From: Candidatus Hadarchaeota archaeon
GTDB taxonomy: Archaea > Hadarchaeota > Hadarchaeia > Hadarchaeales > Hadarchaeaceae
Direction of reading: 5' to 3'
Assembly (NCBI GenBank): GCA_964343275.1
Contig: CAYFIY010000001.1
Coordinates: 49,683 to 113,682 of the forward strand
Length of the DNA stretch: 64,000 nt
Every line of letters starts with the position of its first letter. The first letter of the stretch is position 1. Shown here piece by piece: positions 18,288-27,980 of the stretch. A program made the position numbers and the translations under genes. Below the pieces are notes generated by a model. That model worked only from the letters and a program-made list of their open reading frames with translations. It did not search any database and was not told the origin of the DNA.

Positions 18288-18775
18288 TGCGGATCGAGTT
18301 GTCTGAAGGAAGCGGGTTTTCAGCTGCTCACTTCATCTTCGGACACCAGAAGTGCGAGCACTTGCATGGGCACAACTGGCGCCTGAGCGTGACGGTCGAA
18401 GGCGAGCAGAACGAACTAGGCTTGGTTGTCGACTTCCTCGAACTAAAAAGCATCGTAGGTAAAATTTGCGATACCTACGACCATCGTCTTATACTCCCGT
18501 CAAAAAATCAGACCGTAAATGTTCTGTCAAAGGGGAAAAATATCTGCATCTCAGTGGGCGATCGCGAGTTCGAGTTTCCCTGCAAAGATGTCGTCTGGCT
18601 ACCCGCCATCAACACCACGGTTGAGGAGTTTGCGCGAGTGTTCGCCGACGAGATAGTCAAAAGTATGTCAGGTCGTCCGAATGTGGAAAAGATAACAGTT
18701 ACCGTGGAAGAATCGCCTGGATCGAGTGCTAAGGAAGATCGCCGAGTCAAAACCGATCGAAGTTGCAGGTGCTAA
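18287..18775 (+). CDS. queD: 6-carboxy-5,6,7,8-tetrahydropterin synthase QueD (PTPS family)
   Basis: CEHLHGHNW (CxxHGH zinc motif of PTPS); start overlaps the queE stop. Confidence 0.85.
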   Translation: MRIELSEGSGFSAAHFIFGHQKCEHLHGHNWRLSVTVEGEQNELGLVVDFLELKSIVGKICDTYDHRLILPSKNQTVNVLSKGKNICISVGDREFEFPCKDVVWLPAINTTVEEFARVFADEIVKSMSGRPNVEKITVTVEESPGSSAKEDRRVKTDRSCRC

Positions 18776-19203
18776 CTTTGGATGGGGGAACCTATGCCCT
18801 ATTGGTACACGTGCCTTATGAGCTGGCTCTGAAAGTGGGGCAGCTCGGTACGGTCGAATTCAAAAGGGGGTACTACGTGTACGTTGGTTCCGCTCTGGGT
18901 GGACTTTCTGCTCGAGTGCGACGCCATCTGCGCGATAGGAAGAAAATACATTGGCATATAGACCACCTGTTGCTCCACACCCGTGCAATGGATGTGGTGG
19001 CAGCGCGTGGGAAACGTAGAAAGGAGTGTGCGGTGGCTGCTGAGATAGGGAAGCACTTATCGAGCGTCTCTGGGTTCGGATCGAGCGACTGTGACTGTAC
19101 GAGTCATCTTTTTTACTGTCCTGACTTAGACGAACTCCGGAGAATCGTATTTGCAAGTTTCAAGGAATGTGGGGCAAAGTTGGTGAAATCGATAGGACCT
19201 TGA
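18763..19203 (+). CDS. DUF123-like GIY-YIG-fold protein (predicted Uri-superfamily nuclease), tentative
   Basis: GTYALLVHV ... GYYVYVGSA beta-hairpin pair, RRHLRDRK, HWHIDHL motif; 146 aa; overlaps the queD 3' end. Confidence 0.4.
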   Translation: MQVLTLDGGTYALLVHVPYELALKVGQLGTVEFKRGYYVYVGSALGGLSARVRRHLRDRKKIHWHIDHLLLHTRAMDVVAARGKRRKECAVAAEIGKHLSSVSGFGSSDCDCTSHLFYCPDLDELRRIVFASFKECGAKLVKSIGP

Positions 19204-19253
19204 GCAAATCATAGATGTCCAGAAGACTAAAATAACTAGTTGTACAACCTTAG

Positions 19254-19811
19254 ATGATTTTAATGGATCTTGAAGAAGTTGTACGATCGCGTAAAAGCGT
19301 GCGAAAGTTCCAAGACAGATCAGTGGAGGCGGAAAAAATCTCGAAATGTCTTGATGCCGCTCGTCTCGCTCCATCGTGGAAGAATAGGCAGTGCTGGCAC
19401 TTCATAGTCGTGCGGGACAAGGAGACGATCGCCAAGCTAGCCACCAATGTTGCTTGGTCTTGGGCTAAATCTGTGCCGGTGATGATAGCGGCCTGCGGAA
19501 ACCCAGAGTTAAGTGGGAATACCAACGGGCAGATGTATTACTTGGTAGACGTGACAATCGCGATGGAACATTTGGTGCTGGAGGCTGTAAACTTGGGTCT
19601 GGGCACATGCTGGCTCGGGACGTTCGATGAGAGACGAGTTAAGGAGCTATTGAAAATTCCCGAGGAGATTCGCGTGGTTGCACTTACGCCGCTGGGTTAT
19701 CCTCTTCAGAGCAGCGGCGATGAGAGCGAAGGTAGACCACGTAAAAATCTGGTCGAGATTGTGTATGGCGATGAATGGGGAAATCACTTTGACAGGCTTT
19801 CAAGGGAATAA
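19254..19811 (+). CDS. nitroreductase family protein
   Basis: RSRKSVRKF...APSWKNRQCWHFIVV nitroreductase N-terminal signature. Confidence 0.8.
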   Translation: MILMDLEEVVRSRKSVRKFQDRSVEAEKISKCLDAARLAPSWKNRQCWHFIVVRDKETIAKLATNVAWSWAKSVPVMIAACGNPELSGNTNGQMYYLVDVTIAMEHLVLEAVNLGLGTCWLGTFDERRVKELLKIPEEIRVVALTPLGYPLQSSGDESEGRPRKNLVEIVYGDEWGNHFDRLSRE

Positions 19812-19825
19812 TAAATCCCAGAACA

Positions 19826-20452
19826 TTGGGAGTAGCTTTCTTGGGTAAGCGGCGACGTCGAGAACAGAAGCGAGAATATTTCTATCGTGAGGCCAAGAGT
19901 AAAGGATATAGAAGTCGCGCATATTTTAAACTTAAGCAGCTAAGCGAGCGCTATGGTCTCCTTAGGTGCGGGGATGTGATCGTGGACCTCGGCGCAGCTC
20001 CTGGAGGCTGGCTTCAGGCGGCGAGGGAGAAAGTCGGCGACAATGGCTTCGTGTTAGGCGTTGATTTACAGCCGATTGACAAGTTACCTTTTAATAACGT
20101 GGCGACCATGGTTGCAGACGTCACAAATCCACAAACCCGAGGATCAATTAAGGTTAAACTACCGCGCATTGCCGACGCAGTGATCTCAGATGCTTCCCCT
20201 TCCATTTCAGGTGTCTGGGACATCGACCATGTAAGATCGATTGAACTCGCCAGAGCTGCCCTCGGAACAGCAGTTGATATTTTGTCTTTTGGTGGGAAAT
20301 TTTTAGTCAAGGTTTTTCATGGGGAAATGTTCAATGATTTTTTGAGCGAAGTCAAGAAGGTGTTTGATTTTACTAAAGTTTCGAAGCCAGTTGCGTCGCG
20401 CAAGGGGAGCGCAGAAGTTTATGTTATTGGAAAATGGTTCAAGCGCCCCTGA
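19826..20452 (+). CDS. rlmE: rRNA 2'-O-methyltransferase RlmE/FtsJ
   Basis: RSRAYFKLKQL...DLGAAPGGW SAM-binding motifs of FtsJ. Confidence 0.85.
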   Translation: MGVAFLGKRRRREQKREYFYREAKSKGYRSRAYFKLKQLSERYGLLRCGDVIVDLGAAPGGWLQAAREKVGDNGFVLGVDLQPIDKLPFNNVATMVADVTNPQTRGSIKVKLPRIADAVISDASPSISGVWDIDHVRSIELARAALGTAVDILSFGGKFLVKVFHGEMFNDFLSEVKKVFDFTKVSKPVASRKGSAEVYVIGKWFKRP

Positions 20453-21614
20453 AATTTTTAATTATTTCTTCCATGGGCGCGTCTGTTCGAAAACCAGTAT
20501 CTGAGAAATGGGTGCGAGAAGCAAAATAACCGCCATTCCTAATTTTTGATAAAAAAGTAATAATTTTTAATGGATGAATTTTTATGTGGCTTGCCAAGTG
20601 GTTTACTTCAAAATATGCTGGTGGTCCTTCTGCTTCTTCAAGGCAGCGGTTTAAAAGCTGGAGCTCTTGGTGTTTTAACTTGAATTCCATTCTTGATAGA
20701 TCTTCCGTGACTTCCCGAGTGAATTCTCGATCGATTAACTCTCCAAGCCATAATGGGCCGGCATGAAATAATTTATCACCGCATTTGCAGGTTCTTGGTA
20801 GCTCTGCCACCAATCCAAAAGTTAAAGCCCTTCGCATACACGTTTTGCAATGCGAGATGAATCCTATTTTTTTCATGATATTATCAGCGCGCTTGGCACC
20901 CTTCCGCCCTAGCATATAAACTCTGAAGTAGTGCTGCGTGGCATGCGAAAGGACTGGCGTTAAGGCTATTTCATGCATGGCCCCTATGCGTTGCGCAAAA
21001 CCAATGAGTATCCTTATCCCTAGTTCGTGACAGTACTCTGTCTTCAAAGGCATGGCTGCGTACCTACGCAGGCATGCACGGGCGTGAGTACCTGAAAGTG
21101 GTGCGGTGTCGGTGGCGGTTAGTGCGAGCATCCCTCGCCTAGCTAGTGCGCCGCAGGCGGCATCTACGAAAGGGGCAGGTGAGCCGAAGGGGTCTATGTC
21201 CACGAAATTGCACCTACCTAAGTTTTCCCAGAGAACTACGGTGGCATCGGCTGACCGGGCATCGATTAGGTGATTTACCTCGTTCAGTTTAATATTTCGC
21301 TTAATCATTTCAAAAGCTTCTTCAGATCGGTCGTTTACCACAACCCTTGCCACTTTTTCCATTTCCTTGGCATAGCGAATCCCTCTAACTCCGACACCCG
21401 CAAGTGGGTCGCAAGCACAAATCATCTTTAATCTCTTAGCTAGTACTCGCCCCACCGAAACTGAGATGTCTCGGCAGAACTCCATTTTCGGATTATAGAA
21501 CACGCTAGTTAACGACGGCGCGTAGTCCCCGGATTTCGTCTGGAAAAACTTAGGGTCTGGCACATCGATTTTGATCTGCCCTTCGTTGACAAATTTTGTT
21601 TGCATGATTTCCAA
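20439..21614 (-). CDS. trm1: tRNA (guanine26-N2)-dimethyltransferase Trm1
   Basis: EGQIKI...FYNPKMEFCRDISV Trm1 N-terminus and C-terminal Zn cluster (HCKTC...CKCG). Confidence 0.85.
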   Translation of the reverse strand: MEIMQTKFVNEGQIKIDVPDPKFFQTKSGDYAPSLTSVFYNPKMEFCRDISVSVGRVLAKRLKMICACDPLAGVGVRGIRYAKEMEKVARVVVNDRSEEAFEMIKRNIKLNEVNHLIDARSADATVVLWENLGRCNFVDIDPFGSPAPFVDAACGALARRGMLALTATDTAPLSGTHARACLRRYAAMPLKTEYCHELGIRILIGFAQRIGAMHEIALTPVLSHATQHYFRVYMLGRKGAKRADNIMKKIGFISHCKTCMRRALTFGLVAELPRTCKCGDKLFHAGPLWLGELIDREFTREVTEDLSRMEFKLKHQELQLLNRCLEEAEGPPAYFEVNHLASHIKIHPLKIITFLSKIRNGGYFASRTHFSDTGFRTDAPMEEIIKNFRGA

Positions 21615-21724
21615 TAAATAATTGTTATAACTTCATAAAAATATCATTTCTAATATAGTTATAGGAAAAGCTATAACTATGGGGTTATAAACATACCAAA
21701 TGCTATATCCCTTATGATTTAGTA

Positions 21725-22624
21725 TCAAACTCGCTTACCCTTTTTTGAGGACTTTTTAGACGATTTTGATGGTTTGGATAACATCTTACCGAACTCCTTG
21801 CCCGCTACCAGATATCTCCTCGGGTAGGGTATTTCGATTCCATTGGCATCAAACTTCTTTTTGATCTGCAACATAAGATCTCGGGCCATCATGAAAGCAG
21901 TCGGCTGATCATTCGCCCTAGAAAGCAATCTTAGATTTATACCAGAATCTGCAAATTCCATAACTACCGCATTTGGTAAGTCACCTATAGGTAAGCAATT
22001 TGGATGTCTTTTCGCGACATCCACCATAATCTTCATTGCCTTATCTAAGTCGGATTCATAGCTGACCTGTACAAGTACTGGGGCCAGCATGGTTGAATCC
22101 ACGGATGTATAATTCGTCACCACTTCAGTTTGGAATATTCCGTTCGGGACAACTAACCGTCGGTTATCCCAAGTTCGGATTTGCGTGTGCAAGAGTTGTA
22201 TGTCCTCGATAAACCCAAATTCATTTTTAAACACAACAGCATCGCCCAGCCTAAATGGCTGTGAAAGGGCTATCATAACTCCTGACATTAAATTGGATAG
22301 CGTGGACTGCGCTGCGAGACCTACAACTATCGAAGCGAATCCAGCTGCAACGAAAAGAGAGGCTGTAATTCCTCTCGCTTCTGGAAACGCTGCAAAGGTT
22401 ACAGAAATAACTCCGATAAGTATTATAATAACTCCCAACAACTTTCTAACGAAGGCATAAGTAGTGGATAATTTTGGCTGTTTAGCTAATAATTTTTGCA
22501 TTCTTCTAAAAATAATTATGCTGATTAACTTGTGGATCACAAGCACTATAGCTAGTCCTACGACGAACAGAAGGATTTGCCACAAAGTTGGCCATTGGGC
22601 GAAGAGTTCAGGTATTGTTGCCAT
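21725..22624 (-). CDS. small-conductance mechanosensitive channel (MscS family)
   Basis: Three TM helices then ALSQPFRLGDAV...IRTWDNRRLVVPNG MscS core. Confidence 0.85.
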   Translation of the reverse strand: MATIPELFAQWPTLWQILLFVVGLAIVLVIHKLISIIIFRRMQKLLAKQPKLSTTYAFVRKLLGVIIILIGVISVTFAAFPEARGITASLFVAAGFASIVVGLAAQSTLSNLMSGVMIALSQPFRLGDAVVFKNEFGFIEDIQLLHTQIRTWDNRRLVVPNGIFQTEVVTNYTSVDSTMLAPVLVQVSYESDLDKAMKIMVDVAKRHPNCLPIGDLPNAVVMEFADSGINLRLLSRANDQPTAFMMARDLMLQIKKKFDANGIEIPYPRRYLVAGKEFGKMLSKPSKSSKKSSKKGKRV

Positions 22625-22780
22625 GTAATCAATTTTAATAGTAAACGCTTAATTCTTAAGTTTTTCAGCCTTCTCGAAAATTCGGTTAAATCATTTGTCC
22701 AAGAAATTATGGCTGGTTTTACTTGACACGAAATCTGACGATGGACAAGTTAATCAGAAAGTGTTCAATGATTCTGAAAA

Positions 22781-24151
22781 TTATTTTTTCCCGAATCTTT
22801 TCATAGCCTCGTTGAAAATTTCTGTGGTTCTCTTGATTCCTTCATCTAAAGAGAGTAATTTAACCATCTCGTTCCCTCTCTCACCCATTACGATAGCTCC
22901 TTCCGGGTCCCTCAGTAATAACCTTAATTTTTCAGCTAGCTCTTTCGAGTTACCAATTTCAAAATTATAGCCATTGGTCCCATCCATGACTATCTCGGAA
23001 GCACCAGCACCTTTGCTCACCACGACTGGTTTCTTGTAGATCCAAGCCTCGCCAACAACCAACCCGAAGCCTTCCTTTACTGAGGGGAGGATGAGAATCT
23101 CCGATCGCTTGTAGGCAGCTCTAAGAAATTCTTCTGCCAGGTATCCAGTGAATACCACATTTTTCTCCAGCTTGAGCTCCTCAACCAGTTTTTGTAAATG
23201 ACCGCGCCAAACCATGGATTTTGGGTGGGATAACCCTCCCACGGAACTTCCAGAAAAACTCCCATTGCCCACCACGACCAATTTTAGATCTGAAAATTCG
23301 TTTTTGAGGTGGGACAGAGCTTTTATCACTACATCCTGACCCTTTATCCTGTCCATCCTACCAACAACCAGAATCATCCTATCATCTGCCCCGATTCCGA
23401 CGCTCGAGCAAAAAGTATCGATATCCGAACTCGTAGGTTCGCAACATCTATTTTCGTCCACCTCAGGGTAGACTTGATAAGCCCTTCCATGGTACCCAGA
23501 CCTGATGAGACCTTCAAGATCCCTTTTGCAGCTGACCACCACCGCGTCAAAGGTTTCCATACACCTGACGATGAAATTTCTCATGTAGCGGTCTGTACCT
23601 GAAAGGTCAAAAGGGATGTGCCACCTGAAAACGGTAGGTGCAGCCAGCCCGATCATGTTTCCTATCTGGAGCTGCTGGAAGTCGTGGATGTAGAATACAT
23701 CGATGGGTAAGAGTTCAAACATCTTCGCGGCGCAGAGCCAGTTGTACTTGGAATAGGCCGCGAACTCAGCGGGTCCGATAGTATGGCGTTCTAAGTCGTG
23801 GACCTCCTCCCATATTCTCTCTTTCATACGGGCGTATGCTGGCGTATCTTGAACACCGAGAGTTATGTTGTGGATGTGAACTTTCCCTGCTACTACACGT
23901 CTGGCCCCTATAGGGGACAAGGAGACCCAATTCGCTTGTTCAACCAAATCATTCTGGATCATCTTATTCATCATTGGATACACGATCTTTGGTACGCCTC
24001 CCGGGGTCCATTCGTAGTCTTCCCCATCGATGAGCATCTCCAAAGGTAGTGGGTCAGGCAGATCCCCATATTTTTCGAGTAACTCGGGATAATGGAGTTT
24101 AAACCTGACGAGAGGAGTCTGAGAATTTATGCATAGTTTGAGCCCAGTCAT
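22781..24151 (-). CDS. glycosyltransferase family 4 (GT-B; sucrose-synthase-like N-terminal domain)
   Basis: C-terminal GT4 motif SVKEGFGLVVGEAW...G..G; 456 aa; substrate unknown. Confidence 0.6.
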   Translation of the reverse strand: MTGLKLCINSQTPLVRFKLHYPELLEKYGDLPDPLPLEMLIDGEDYEWTPGGVPKIVYPMMNKMIQNDLVEQANWVSLSPIGARRVVAGKVHIHNITLGVQDTPAYARMKERIWEEVHDLERHTIGPAEFAAYSKYNWLCAAKMFELLPIDVFYIHDFQQLQIGNMIGLAAPTVFRWHIPFDLSGTDRYMRNFIVRCMETFDAVVVSCKRDLEGLIRSGYHGRAYQVYPEVDENRCCEPTSSDIDTFCSSVGIGADDRMILVVGRMDRIKGQDVVIKALSHLKNEFSDLKLVVVGNGSFSGSSVGGLSHPKSMVWRGHLQKLVEELKLEKNVVFTGYLAEEFLRAAYKRSEILILPSVKEGFGLVVGEAWIYKKPVVVSKGAGASEIVMDGTNGYNFEIGNSKELAEKLRLLLRDPEGAIVMGERGNEMVKLLSLDEGIKRTTEIFNEAMKRFGKK

Positions 24152-24212
24152 AATTTTATTTCTGTTTTACATTTGATAAAAGTGAATCGATTGGCATCTA
24201 GATTTCAGAAGA

Positions 24213-26306
24213 TTATTTTGCCGATTCAGCCTTTTCTGCGGAGTTTTTCCCCCAGTTGGATTTGCTCGAACAATCAGGATCGATGCACATTCGATATGGT
24301 CTCACTCTTATACGGTTTACCTGAATCATGGGGGCTCCGCACTGTTCACAGATCTTACCCGGTGAGATAATCATTCCGGATTGGGGCAGTGGGAAGGAGT
24401 TGGTGCACTGCGGGTAGTTAGAGCACCCCGCGAAGCGCTTGCGAGTGGCCCGCGAGACGACTAATTTTAGATCACCGCCGCACTTCGTACACTTACCCAT
24501 GATGCGCTGTTTCTGTCGGGTGACGCGATAGGCCTTGCCCAGCTGCTTGCCTATCTCGAGCTGGTGCGCCCTGAACTTCTCCAGGATTTTATCGAGTTCC
24601 TTTCTCGCTTTTTCGATGACTTCTTCTTTGTCGCGTTTTCCACCCTGAATCGCCTCCATCTCGCGCTCGAACTGCGCTGTAAGCTCCTCACCCACTATCT
24701 CAGGGCAGTGTTTGAGGAGGGAGTCGATGACTTCGATTCCCAAATCGGTGACGGTTATCTGGTTGCCGAAAATGTATCCACGCATGTAAATGTTTTGTAG
24801 GAGATTGGCACGCGTGGCCTTGGTTCCTAAATTTCTCGATTCCATCTCCTTCACGATTGAGGAGGGATTGTAGCGGGATGGTGGTTGGGTCTCCTTTTTC
24901 ACTAACCTCACTTCATTCGTCTCGAGTTCTTGCCCCTTGCTCAGCTGCGGCAGGATTATCTCCTCCGTGGCTCCGTATCTGTCGTAGTAGTCGAGCCATC
25001 CCTCCTCAAGAACGCGCCTCCCTCTCAGGAGGAAAGGTTCTCCCCCAACGTCGATCTCGACCCGCACGCTCTCCACAAGCGCCGACTTCCCGAAGACCGA
25101 AAAGAAACGCCGGACGATCAGATCATAAAGCTTATTCTGTGGGCTCACGAGCTTCTTTGGTTTTTCGCCAGTTGGAAAAATAGCGGGGTGTGCAGGGTCA
25201 ATTTTCTTGCCCTCATTTGGTCGCAGCTTAGGCATGGCGAGCAGTTCATCAGCTATTATTTTATATTGATTCGAGAGGCCACCAAGTTGCCCGATGATCT
25301 TGGCGTAGTTTATCGTTGGAGGTAGTTTCTGGCTGCTGGTTCGGGGATAACTGATGAGGGCCGCCTGGTAAAGAAGCTGCGCTATCTGCTGAGTCCGCAT
25401 CGGGGTGTAGCCAAAGCAGCGATACGCCGCGGATTGTAAAAGTCCGAGGTTGAACGGTATTGGTGGAGGGCGACGGTACCGGCTGGTTTGAATCGTCGAG
25501 ACTTTTACGGGTTTGTTCTTAGCTGCGGCGAGCGCCTGCTCGGCTTTTGAATTATCGAGAAAACGTGACGTGACGTGTTCGGCAACAACTTCCATGCCAT
25601 CGAGTTTGAGGGGTAAACTCAAAACCCAAAATGGTTCTGGCTTGAAAGCTTTGATCTCACGTTCGCGTTCGACTAGTATTTTTAAGGTTGGGGTCTGTAC
25701 CCGTCCCGCGGAGAGCTTCGCGAAACGTTTCTGTGTTTCCTCGACGGCCGCGCTCATCGCCTTTGAAATATTCATGCCCCAGTACCAGTCGAGCACATGG
25801 CGGGCGACGCCAGCATCGATGAGCTCGAAATCGAGGCGTGGCATCAGCTGCTCGTAGGCCCGCTGGAGGTCATGCGCGGTGAGTGTGGAGAACTTCATTC
25901 GTCGAGCTCGCTTCACCGATTCCCGGCCGCAGAGGTAGCGCAGCACATTAAATGCGATGACCGATCCTTCGACATCATAATCGCAGGCGCTGATGTAGCT
26001 GCTCGCGTCCTTAGCCAGCTCGCGGATGGCCTCGACGAAAACACGGGTGCGCTTAGCCTTTCTGTTGGCCTTGTACGACGGAACCCAGCCGACATCGTAA
26101 ACGGGGTAATCGCGCATGGGCTTTAGGTTTTTCAAGGTGAAGAGGTGCCCCAGCGCCGGGACGACTACTATCCGCCCGCCGTCGCGCTCGAACCCATAGT
26201 AAGGGACGCCTTTGAACTTACCCCTTTTCAGCCGCTTCGTCGCGAGGGCTTCGGCTATTTTTACAGCGGAAGTCGGCTTTTCGCAAATTATAAGTGTCTT
26301 GGGCAT
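24213..26306 (-). CDS. topA: DNA topoisomerase, type IA (Topo I/III) with C-terminal zinc ribbons
   Basis: TOPRIM start LIICEKPTSAVKIAEAL, toprim acidic loop, C-terminal CTKCGG...CSNYPQC and CEQCG ribbons; 697 aa. Confidence 0.8.
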   Translation of the reverse strand: MPKTLIICEKPTSAVKIAEALATKRLKRGKFKGVPYYGFERDGGRIVVVPALGHLFTLKNLKPMRDYPVYDVGWVPSYKANRKAKRTRVFVEAIRELAKDASSYISACDYDVEGSVIAFNVLRYLCGRESVKRARRMKFSTLTAHDLQRAYEQLMPRLDFELIDAGVARHVLDWYWGMNISKAMSAAVEETQKRFAKLSAGRVQTPTLKILVEREREIKAFKPEPFWVLSLPLKLDGMEVVAEHVTSRFLDNSKAEQALAAAKNKPVKVSTIQTSRYRRPPPIPFNLGLLQSAAYRCFGYTPMRTQQIAQLLYQAALISYPRTSSQKLPPTINYAKIIGQLGGLSNQYKIIADELLAMPKLRPNEGKKIDPAHPAIFPTGEKPKKLVSPQNKLYDLIVRRFFSVFGKSALVESVRVEIDVGGEPFLLRGRRVLEEGWLDYYDRYGATEEIILPQLSKGQELETNEVRLVKKETQPPSRYNPSSIVKEMESRNLGTKATRANLLQNIYMRGYIFGNQITVTDLGIEVIDSLLKHCPEIVGEELTAQFEREMEAIQGGKRDKEEVIEKARKELDKILEKFRAHQLEIGKQLGKAYRVTRQKQRIMGKCTKCGGDLKLVVSRATRKRFAGCSNYPQCTNSFPLPQSGMIISPGKICEQCGAPMIQVNRIRVRPYRMCIDPDCSSKSNWGKNSAEKAESAK

Positions 26307-26389
26307 CCTGACCTAGTTAATTTTGTTTACTGCTAAATAGAAGTTGATGCCCATAAAGATTTCAAACTTTTATCCTTTCACGGATAGAA

Positions 26390-26700
26390 TTAGTTCGCAA
26401 TGAAGGGACAAACCCGTGGTAATCGAGAGCTGACGTGATCAGTGAGCGTCGGTGCATCGCTGCGGTAACACTCGAGCAGGTTCACCGATAAACACGCCAA
26501 AATTGGGTCCTTCGGGGAGTTATTGGCGGGATCGTCTAATACAATGACCATGAAGCCAACCCTGGTGTGACACAGGTGGGCATGGCCTCCGAGGAAACCC
26601 GCCATCGAGGGTTAGTGAGCGAAGTACGTCGAAAGACAGTCGATGATGCTCGCTGGTTAGTTGTGTCGGGGACATCGGGGGCCTAACTTTTTCACCGAGC
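26390..26700. ncRNA. candidate structured non-coding RNA, class unresolved
   Basis: About 55% GC island in an AT-rich divergent intergenic spacer; no credible ORF; multiple local hairpins and an enclosing helix (UCGAG...CUCGA). Confidence 0.4.
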
Positions 26701-26781
26701 TGGAAGTGATTACGTTTAAAATATTTTAATTGCGATAGTTAATTGTAAAAGCCTTGAAAGATATTTTGGATGGTCGTGTAA

Positions 26782-27333
26782 TTGGGGAAAGATTCTAGGT
26801 TTAAAATTGAAAAGGAAAGACCACTGGTTTATCTCTACACCGGTGAGGGCGGAGGAAAAACAACCAACGCCTTTGGCTTTGCGCTTAGGGCGATCGGACA
26901 TGGATATAAGGTCATCATAGTGCAGTTCATGAAAGGCAGGGATGACATAGGAGAAGTTAAAGCCTGTAGACGGCTTGCGCCGGAGTGCGAGGTGCATCAG
27001 TTTGGCCGCAAAGATTTCGTGGACCCTACGAACCCAAACACTGGGGATAGGAAGCTGGCCCATGATGCAATGAAATTTGCACGAAGGGCGCTCAAAAAAA
27101 ATCCAGAGCTTCTTATACTGGACGAGGTAAACTTGGCCACTGCTTTTGGTTTGGTCGAGGTGGGAGAGGTGCTCGATCTTTTGAACGAGGCTCCTATGTC
27201 TACAGTGGTTATGCTCACGGGGCGGAGGGCTCCAAGGGCCCTCATCGAAAGAGCGGACTTCGTCTCCGTGATAGACGATATCAAGCATCCGGACAGAGAA
27301 GGCATCCCTGCGACAAAAGGCATTGAATATTAG
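26782..27333 (+). CDS. cobO: cob(I)yrinic acid a,c-diamide adenosyltransferase (CobO/CobA/BtuR type)
   Basis: LVYLYTGEGGGKTTNAFGFALRAIGHGYKVIIVQFMKG P-loop signature of CobA family. Confidence 0.85.
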   Translation: MGKDSRFKIEKERPLVYLYTGEGGGKTTNAFGFALRAIGHGYKVIIVQFMKGRDDIGEVKACRRLAPECEVHQFGRKDFVDPTNPNTGDRKLAHDAMKFARRALKKNPELLILDEVNLATAFGLVEVGEVLDLLNEAPMSTVVMLTGRRAPRALIERADFVSVIDDIKHPDREGIPATKGIEY

Positions 27334-27980
27334 TCAATTTTTCTTTGTTTTGTTCGGCCCTCTATTCTCCGTGCTGTTGCCCATGATTTTCTGGCGAAAT
27401 CAGGCAACTTCCCATGTTCTTGTACCCATGAGTTGAGAAAAGTTATCGTGCGAGGGTCAGCGGGATATCCCGAGCCGAAATCTCCATATCGCCCGTGCAG
27501 TTTGGCCACGCAATGGTCGCGGTACACCTTGGCAACTATTGAGGCGGCAGCCACCAAAGGATAGTTGCGATCGGCAAAGTTCTCGACTACAAGTTTGGGC
27601 CTGACTTTCAAGTACTTTCGTATCCTCTTTTCGAAAAGTTCCGGGTTGGGATCGGGGGAGTCCATATATACTAATTTCGGGTTTAGCTTTTCGATGAGCT
27701 GGGCGAATTTCATCGCCTCTAACTCGTTGAGGTTGACATTTTTGACAAGTCTGGATTCATCTATCTCCACGTTAGAAATTTCGATTATCTCGACCTTGGA
27801 TGCTTTTTTTCTTATGAGTTCCGCAAGTTTCTCGCGTCTTTTTGGCGAGAGTATTTTCGAGTCCCTTATCCCATCGGACTTTAACTCTTCTTGCACTCGC
27901 TCGTCAGAGAGCACGACGCCCAAAACCATCGGACCCAAAATTGGTCCTCTCCCAGCCTCGTCAGCACCAGCGATCATCAT
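27330..27980 (-). CDS. rnhB: ribonuclease HII
   Basis: IAGADEAGRGPILGPMV catalytic N-terminus; 216 aa. Confidence 0.88.
   Translation of the reverse strand: MMIAGADEAGRGPILGPMVLGVVLSDERVQEELKSDGIRDSKILSPKRREKLAELIRKKASKVEIIEISNVEIDESRLVKNVNLNELEAMKFAQLIEKLNPKLVYMDSPDPNPELFEKRIRKYLKVRPKLVVENFADRNYPLVAAASIVAKVYRDHCVAKLHGRYGDFGSGYPADPRTITFLNSWVQEHGKLPDFARKSWATARRIEGRTKQRKID

Noticed and set aside
26390-26605. 71-aa minus-strand ORF (MAGFLGGHAHLCH...) inside the GC-rich intergenic element
   Set aside because: No family resemblance and low-complexity composition; the region looks like structured RNA and not coding sequence
26390-26700. Cobalamin riboswitch upstream of cobO
   Set aside because: No B12-box (GCCACUG) or other conserved riboswitch cores on either strand; riboswitches of this class are not expected in archaea. 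Kept only as an unclassified ncRNA candidate
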